DNA of 31,369 nt from a virus (lineage: Duplodnaviria; Caudoviricetes). The translations under genes and the position numbers were made by a program. The notes below the pieces were generated by a model. The model saw only the letters and a program-made list of their open reading frames with translations. It was not told the DNA's origin and searched no databases. The stretch lies in the IMG/VR virus record IMGVR_UViG_3300048576_000594, positions 1 to 31,369 of that record; one strand, written 5' to 3'. This document shows, in pieces, positions 25,373-31,369 of this stretch (position 1 is the stretch's first letter; every line of letters starts with the position of its first letter).

Positions 25373-25668
25373 CAGGATACATCGGCGTTGACCCTGCGCC
25401 ACTTACTCTACGCGAATTATGGTGGATGAGCCAGGCGATAGAGTTTCGTGACCGGATGGAGTGGAACAGAGTTTCTGCTTTAATGGCCTTGCTATGTAAT
25501 ATCAACAGTGACCCGAAAAAAGGTAAGACGTTTCATCCGGCTGATTTTAATCCATACTTTAGTAAAAAACGCAAACGCCAAAATGCAATAGAAGTCAAAG
25601 ACGCGGAATCCAGAAGATTATTTAAAGAAGCATTTGAAGGAAGAAGATGGCAAATTCAGGTTCAATAA
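25216..25668 (+). CDS. -1 frame extension of the chaperone (gpGT-like, programmed frameshift)
   Basis: The -1 frame opens exactly at heptamer TTTTTTC (25216-25222, preceded by TGA) and runs to 25668 through IWRTVYTIAGYIGVDPAPLTLRELWWM...DFNPY. Confidence 0.75.
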   Translation, partial: FFPETGSNRQSQGGIDSAENDKSGDRKDNSESNSNRPGRETDGNIWRTVYTIAGYIGVDPAPLTLRELWWMSQAIEFRDRMEWNRVSALMALLCNINSDPKKGKTFHPADFNPYFSKKRKRQNAIEVKDAESRRLFKEAFEGRRWQIQVQ

Positions 25669-27719
25669 AAGCAGGTGCTGCATATGTCGAAATCTTTGCA
25701 GATAGAAGTCCATTAATCCGCGGACTTCGAGCAGCTGAAGCAAGTGTAAAAAAATGGGGACAATCTGTTTCAGCAATGGGCAGACAAATGATGGGCCTTG
25801 GTACTGCGATAATTGGTCCACTCATCGGCGCTGCAAAATATTTTTCTAATTATGGTGATAGTATTGCAAAAATGTCAAAAAGGACAGGTGTCGGTGTTGA
25901 ATCGTTAAGCGCTCTTGGGTTTGCAGCAGAACAATCGGGAAGCAATCTGGAAGCCGTTGAAAAAGGCATCCGCAAAATGCAGCAAAATATCCTGGATGCC
26001 AATAATGGTTTAAAAGCTGCAACTGATGTATTTAGTATGCTGGGTGTTAGTGCTCAATCATTTTCAGGCATGAAGCCAGAAGAGCAATTTCGTCTCATGG
26101 CAGATAGACTCAGTAAAATTGAAGATCCATCAAAACGTGCCGCGATAGCTATGAAAATTTTTGGCAGAAGTGGAACATCATTATTACCTATGCTTGAAAA
26201 AGGCAGTGCCGGCTTAGATGAATTAATGAATGAGGCCAAACAGCTTGGCCTTGTTTTATCAAGTGAAGATGCTATGGCTGCGGAGGAACTTAATGATGCG
26301 TTGAATCGTATGTGGCGGACAATAAAGATGTCTTTTGCAAATATCGGCGCAGCTGTCGCTCCTATTATTACGGATTTATCAAATAAAATAGCTGTAATCG
26401 TCGGCAAAATATCAAACTGGATTAAAGAAAACAGGGGCTTGTTTCAAACAGCTTTATTTGTGGGGGCAGGTCTTATTGCAGCAGGCAGTGCATTTATTGT
26501 TTTTGGAAATGCTTTAATTTATGCAAGCAAAGCATTTGCTATTATAAGAACCAGTTTTACTGCGTTAAGAACAGGACTTGCTTTTTTAATCTCGCCAATT
26601 GGTTTAATTTCAGCAGCTGTTACAGCTTTGACAGGAGTATTTTTATATTTTACGGGATATGGCGGGCAATTATTAAATTGGCTGGGCGGTTGTTTTAATA
26701 CATTAAAACAGGATGCGACAGATGCGATTGGAGGAATTTCCGCTGCGTTTGCAAAAGGTGATTTGGGCCTTGCTGCACGTATCGGCTGGATGTTTGTAAA
26801 AACCGAATGGCTGCGTGCCAAAGAATGGATGCTTGGATACTGGCACAGCATAAAACTATTTATTACACAAATCTGGTATTCATTAGTTTATTCAATTGCC
26901 GCTGCCTGGTACGGAGCAGTTTACGGAATCGAAGTTGCTTTTGCTGAAACTGCGGGATTTTTAGGTCAGGTTTGGACAAGAACAGGGGCTATTTTAAAAA
27001 CCGCATGGGTCGATGCGGTACAATTTTTCAAAACTATATGGATTGGTTTTAAAGAATGGTGGGCAAATACAATAGATGCAGTTGAAAAGAAATTAATGCA
27101 AGTTTGGATATGGTGGAAGAAAATCACAGATTCAAGTTTTGATGCAGTTGCAGCAGAAAAACAATTAAGCGATAGTTTTGCACAAGATAGGGACAATCGA
27201 GAAAGTACAGCAAATGAAAAACTTTTACACATTGACAAAGAAGCTGATGCAAAGCGAGCTGCAATTGAAAAAGAAAAAGACGATTCATTAGCAGATATTG
27301 AAACCCGCAGATCAGGCAGACGCCAGCAATCAAAAGCTGAATTCGATTCCGGTATGGCTGGGGCAAACCAATATTTAGAAGACAGCTTGAAAAATGTAAT
27401 AGACAAAAATAGTGCTGACAAAAAAGCTGTTGCAGATGAGCTTGCCAAAACAAAAGAGGAATTCAATGCAGCCATTGCCAAAGCAAAAGAGCCAGTTGAG
27501 TCAAAAGCAAAAACGCTAGTAGCTCCTAAAAAAGATTGGCAATCGGAAAGTGGTCTTACCAAAGCATCTACAACCGGAACCTTTAGTGCATTTGGATTAT
27601 CTCAGATGGGAGCAGGCGGTGTAATGCAAAAAATTGCAGATTTTACACAGCGAACTGCCGAGGCAACTGAGGAAATCGCTGAAAACGCAGATAGCAGCGC
27701 AGCAGAGTTCGGAGAATAA
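25647..27719 (+). CDS. Tail tape measure protein
   Basis: 690 aa, helical, IKAGAAYVEI start, AMKIFGRSG, central hydrophobic segments and Trp periodicity. Confidence 0.88.
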   Translation: MANSGSIKAGAAYVEIFADRSPLIRGLRAAEASVKKWGQSVSAMGRQMMGLGTAIIGPLIGAAKYFSNYGDSIAKMSKRTGVGVESLSALGFAAEQSGSNLEAVEKGIRKMQQNILDANNGLKAATDVFSMLGVSAQSFSGMKPEEQFRLMADRLSKIEDPSKRAAIAMKIFGRSGTSLLPMLEKGSAGLDELMNEAKQLGLVLSSEDAMAAEELNDALNRMWRTIKMSFANIGAAVAPIITDLSNKIAVIVGKISNWIKENRGLFQTALFVGAGLIAAGSAFIVFGNALIYASKAFAIIRTSFTALRTGLAFLISPIGLISAAVTALTGVFLYFTGYGGQLLNWLGGCFNTLKQDATDAIGGISAAFAKGDLGLAARIGWMFVKTEWLRAKEWMLGYWHSIKLFITQIWYSLVYSIAAAWYGAVYGIEVAFAETAGFLGQVWTRTGAILKTAWVDAVQFFKTIWIGFKEWWANTIDAVEKKLMQVWIWWKKITDSSFDAVAAEKQLSDSFAQDRDNRESTANEKLLHIDKEADAKRAAIEKEKDDSLADIETRRSGRRQQSKAEFDSGMAGANQYLEDSLKNVIDKNSADKKAVADELAKTKEEFNAAIAKAKEPVESKAKTLVAPKKDWQSESGLTKASTTGTFSAFGLSQMGAGGVMQKIADFTQRTAEATEEIAENADSSAAEFGE

Positions 27720-27722
27720 GCT

Positions 27723-28541
27723 ATGGCAGGCACATATACAATCTCTGAACGATGGTCAGCTCGCAAACGCGGTGGCGGATCTAATAAAGGCGCAACTGTC
27801 GAATATGTAATTCAAGAGACAACTGCCGGCGCACCAGAAATGGATGATGGGCAGGTTATAACTGCACTTGCCGATAGCGCACCTACAACCTGGGGAACAG
27901 CTTTAATACCACGTGTATCATACGATGTAGAGCAAATTGCTGATCGAATTTGGATCGGCACAGTTAATTATGGCTATAACAAAAAGGAAGTTGGTGATAT
28001 TGAATACAGCTTCGACACTGGTGGCGGCAGCCAAAAGATCACCCAAACGATTTCACCTTTAAATGTTTGGAGATATGGAAATAGTGCACCTGATTTCAAG
28101 GGTGCGATAAACGTCGATGACAACAGCGTAAATGGCGTTGATATTGTAGTGCCGGTATATAGTTTTAATGAAACCAGAATTGTTGATAATGACGATGTTG
28201 GCTCAGCTTTTAAATCTGCTTTATTTAATCTTACTGGCAAAGTTAATCATTTAAGCTGGCATGGCTTTAATGCCGGCGAAGTTCTATTTATGGGAGCAAG
28301 TGGTTCACGTCATGGCCGAAGAGGTGATTGGGAAATTAATTATAAATTTGCAGCAAGTCCTAACAAAACCAATATAACTATCGGGACCATTACCGGTATT
28401 GATAAAAAAGGTTGGGAGTATCTTTGGGTCAGATATGAAAAAAGCACAGACCAGAATTGTCTGGTACAAATTCCTAAGGCAGTTTACGTGCATCAAGTTT
28501 ATGAATATGGTGATTTTGCAGCGCTAGGGCTAGGTGACTAA
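27723..28541 (+). CDS. Minor tail / tail-tip protein
   Basis: Directly follows the tape measure gene; GKVN..W.GFNAGEVLFMGASG, KKGWEYLWVRY. Confidence 0.65.
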   Translation: MAGTYTISERWSARKRGGGSNKGATVEYVIQETTAGAPEMDDGQVITALADSAPTTWGTALIPRVSYDVEQIADRIWIGTVNYGYNKKEVGDIEYSFDTGGGSQKITQTISPLNVWRYGNSAPDFKGAINVDDNSVNGVDIVVPVYSFNETRIVDNDDVGSAFKSALFNLTGKVNHLSWHGFNAGEVLFMGASGSRHGRRGDWEINYKFAASPNKTNITIGTITGIDKKGWEYLWVRYEKSTDQNCLVQIPKAVYVHQVYEYGDFAALGLGD

Positions 28542-28542
28542 T

Positions 28543-29379
28543 ATGGGTGATACATTCCGCAAAGTCCGCGATGGTGAAAAACTTCGAATTCCTGCCCGTA
28601 CGTATAACGCGATGGTCGATGCTGCACAGGATTTTATCAACCGAAAAAACAATGTGTCAGCTGAAACCGGTAATCAGCTTCCTGCAAATATGGTTTATAT
28701 AAAAAATGACAGCGGCGCAAATGTTGATAGATTCAATGTACTTGGAATTGCAGGTTCTGCCATTCTTCCAGGCGGCTCTGATGCGAGTAACTTCTTTAGA
28801 AGTGTGGTTTTTTCGGGTGTAACACCTTTACTGCCTGACCATAGAGGTGGCAATTTTGTTGTTACCGCCGAACCTATCGCCAATGGCTCGGTTGGTCTTG
28901 GCTATATTTCGGGTGTTATTCAAATTAAAGTTTACGCACCATACGCCGTACTAAATGGTACGTTCGCAGATATTGCACACAATGATGTTACACAGCTTGC
29001 CGTTAGCAATTCGCCATCTACGACAAAAATTATGTTCCGCCATAGTACGATAGTTGGGCCAAGCGGCAATACTTATTGGGCAATTGTAAGGCTCAATTAT
29101 TCTGAAAACCCCATCAGACGAGCTGTTTGCAAGCAATCAGCGGGAGCATCGAATAGTATTCAAGTAAACTTGATCAGAAACAATGCAGAGCAGACATCTG
29201 GTATTGAATCCAATGTAACTGTTACCTGTGATATATTTGGCGGGGAAATATCTCTTCAAAACGCAATGCCGAAACTGCAAAGCGGTGATATTATTTATGT
29301 TACTAATGTTGATGGCAGCTGGCGATGTATAAATACATTTACACCGTTTGTTTCATGTGAATGCGAGGATGCTATTTAA
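28543..29379 (+). CDS. Putative tail protein
   Basis: Operon position; IPARTYNAMVDAA, IKNDSG..VDRFNVLGI, AEPIANG. GTG at 28534 is an alternative start. Confidence 0.6.
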   Translation: MGDTFRKVRDGEKLRIPARTYNAMVDAAQDFINRKNNVSAETGNQLPANMVYIKNDSGANVDRFNVLGIAGSAILPGGSDASNFFRSVVFSGVTPLLPDHRGGNFVVTAEPIANGSVGLGYISGVIQIKVYAPYAVLNGTFADIAHNDVTQLAVSNSPSTTKIMFRHSTIVGPSGNTYWAIVRLNYSENPIRRAVCKQSAGASNSIQVNLIRNNAEQTSGIESNVTVTCDIFGGEISLQNAMPKLQSGDIIYVTNVDGSWRCINTFTPFVSCECEDAI

Positions 29380-30995
29380 TGGCGTACTTACCAGAGATTT
29401 ATGATGATGCTAATTGGACTTATCAATCTAATAAGTATAAGTATAGAAACGTAGCAAGAAATGTTCATCGAACGAGCGATAATAAATTAAAAGTTCATAA
29501 TAATAAAATTATTGTAACTTGCGATTGGCCTCAAAGGTTGTGCCTGACTTTCAAAGATATTAGAGAAGATAGCCCGGGTTGTCAATATTCTTATGATTAT
29601 AGCTGTGATGCACCTGCCTGGATAAATCCAAACCGCAAATTCATTGTATATAAAATAATGGATTTTGATGGCCAGGTTATGTACGAGTGCATAAATGAAA
29701 ATTGGGTGGTTACTTTAGCTATCCGGTATGTTACCGGCAGCAACAGAATGTTTATGCCAAGAGGGGTATGGGTAAGCCTTGTCAGAATAACAGACCAAAT
29801 GGGCGGTGAAGATGAAGACTATCCCACAAATTGTTCTTGTCCAATTTTTTTAGTTGGTTCAGAATTTATGTACGAAACACCTTTTTGGGATGGCAACGCT
29901 CGCTACTACGATGAAAATGAAAATTATTGTTTTGGTGATATGGTTCTAAAGTACAGAAACGATGGGGATAACCAAGAAGATTATGAATATTATCTCTGCA
30001 TCAAAGATAGAATAGCCACAAATGCTTATGGCACTTGGGAAGGTACAACCCAGCCGGATAATTGGATTAATGACCATGTTTATCAGATAGGCGATCGGGT
30101 TTTGGGTACAGATGGCTTGCATTATCGATGCGGCGAAGTCCATAAATCAAGTTCCACAAATAAACCTACTAGCGGTGATTATTGGCAGTCTCGCTGGACT
30201 CTTGAAAGTAACCATTACGGAAGCGGGATTGACATTGTAACAGGAACTGATGGTAACTATCATACGTGTAAATGGCCGCATTCTGGTTCGTCCATATTTA
30301 AGCCGATTACAGGAACAAAATGGAGTGATGTTTGGGGTACAGCCGCTGGTATATGGTCAAGCAGTATAGCTTATACTTGGGGGCAAAGGCCGATTTATAA
30401 TGGCAAAGTTGTAGAGTCAAAACAATCTCCCAATTTAAATCACGTACCTCAAATTGATAATTTATGCAGATTTGATTGGTGGTGGAAATATTGTGATTTT
30501 TACAATTTTAAAACGTGGTCATCTGGCGAGTTTTATTCAACTAAACTTTCAAGAGTTGTCGGAACAGATGGGAATTTTTACAGATGTAAAAAAACACATT
30601 TCCCATACGATGATAGAAGGCCAGTAACAGGCTCAAATTGGGAGATGTATTGGGATTTGGAGCAAAAGCCTAATACTCCGGAAACAGGTATTGATTGGCA
30701 AACTTACTGGAAGAAGATAAAATGCAAAACACCTTTTGAAGAAGGGGTGTATTTTTTAAATCAGCTTGAAAACGAATTTGCCTGGGGTACTTGGGGACGA
30801 GTTGAAATATCTAAAGATATCCAGTCTTATCAAACTTGGCAGCCCGATTACGAATACAATGTAGGCGATATGGTCATAGGCTCTGACCAGAATATTTATG
30901 CATGTGAAATACATCATACATCAACTATTAATGATTGCCCGATCACGGGTGCAAATTGGGATGATTATTGGGTTTTAGCGGAGTGCTCAGGATGA
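29379..30995 (+). CDS. Tail fibre-like protein with repeated CBM5/12-like carbohydrate-binding modules
   Basis: TAATG-coupled; repeats of W....Y..GD.V.G(T/S)DG..Y.C...H.S....P..G..W...W (four clear copies plus degenerate ones). Confidence 0.7.
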   Translation: MAYLPEIYDDANWTYQSNKYKYRNVARNVHRTSDNKLKVHNNKIIVTCDWPQRLCLTFKDIREDSPGCQYSYDYSCDAPAWINPNRKFIVYKIMDFDGQVMYECINENWVVTLAIRYVTGSNRMFMPRGVWVSLVRITDQMGGEDEDYPTNCSCPIFLVGSEFMYETPFWDGNARYYDENENYCFGDMVLKYRNDGDNQEDYEYYLCIKDRIATNAYGTWEGTTQPDNWINDHVYQIGDRVLGTDGLHYRCGEVHKSSSTNKPTSGDYWQSRWTLESNHYGSGIDIVTGTDGNYHTCKWPHSGSSIFKPITGTKWSDVWGTAAGIWSSSIAYTWGQRPIYNGKVVESKQSPNLNHVPQIDNLCRFDWWWKYCDFYNFKTWSSGEFYSTKLSRVVGTDGNFYRCKKTHFPYDDRRPVTGSNWEMYWDLEQKPNTPETGIDWQTYWKKIKCKTPFEEGVYFLNQLENEFAWGTWGRVEISKDIQSYQTWQPDYEYNVGDMVIGSDQNIYACEIHHTSTINDCPITGANWDDYWVLAECSG

Positions 30996-31369
30996 GTTGT
31001 TGCGGCAAAAAAATAATTACAGGCAAAAAAGCAGTTGCAAAGTTAAATAAAATCAAAAGCATTGCAGAAGGTTTCACTAAACTTGCAGCTAGCAGGGCAG
31101 GTATGAAGTTTGAATATGCAAAAGAAAGACTAGCTGTTTGCGAAAGCTGTGAAAATGTGACATGGCTTAAAGATAGAGAATTTGCAGCATGGCTTAATGA
31201 AAATAAAATCGAGGTTTTGAAAAATCTCGAATCATTGGAGAAGCTAAGCGATCTACCGAAAAAGCCGCATAGGGCTTTGACGCGACGGTACTGTATAAAA
31301 TGTAAATGCAATATTATGGCGAAAATTCATAGTAAGGAGGAGAAGTGTCCGAAGGAGAGATGGAAGTAG
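30992..31369 (+). CDS. Cys-rich hypothetical protein
   Basis: ATGA overlap; RLAVCESCE, CIKCKCNIMAK, CPKERWK. Confidence 0.7.
   Translation: MSCCGKKIITGKKAVAKLNKIKSIAEGFTKLAASRAGMKFEYAKERLAVCESCENVTWLKDREFAAWLNENKIEVLKNLESLEKLSDLPKKPHRALTRRYCIKCKCNIMAKIHSKEEKCPKERWK

Noticed and set aside
26054-27562. Long minus-strand ORFs within the tape measure gene
   Set aside because: Ser/Phe/Ala-rich antisense shadows with no SD or motifs.
29379-30995. Possible diversity-generating retroelement target in the tail protein
   Set aside because: No reverse transcriptase and no adenine-specific TR/VR pair seen in the window; the repeats are diverged protein modules.

Overview
The window is one continuous stretch of a temperate, lambda-like long-tailed phage or prophage; no integrase or att site lies inside it. 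A Planctomycetota host is inferred from the DUF1580-like gene and is not proven. Gene order: an early/replication module (HTH protein, DUF1580-like protein, Sak4-like AAA ATPase, DUF669 SSB, RusA, intein-containing SF2 helicase, primase-polymerase/AAA helicase, origin-like repeats); a lipoprotein; a cos-like region and a ParB-DNA methyltransferase; a 5-gene antisense cassette; GpA-type terminase and a zinc-ribbon regulator; accessory genes (PXPV protein, AbrB/PIN toxin-antitoxin pair); a promoter-hairpin-terminator leader with an initiator-like tRNA(CAU); and the head and tail operon (portal, protease-capsid fusion, tail tube, -1 frameshifted chaperone, tape measure, carbohydrate-binding tail protein). 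The most striking feature is a 256-aa intein in the helicase that has no endonuclease in its own frame. Instead, a complete HNH-type endonuclease gene with its own ribosome-binding site is nested inside it in the +1 frame. Other notable signals are a 452-codon sense ORF that exactly bridges the antisense cassette, an altered tRNA-fMet next to a PIN toxin, and a CTG start for rusA. All product calls come from motif recognition by eye; no database search was run.
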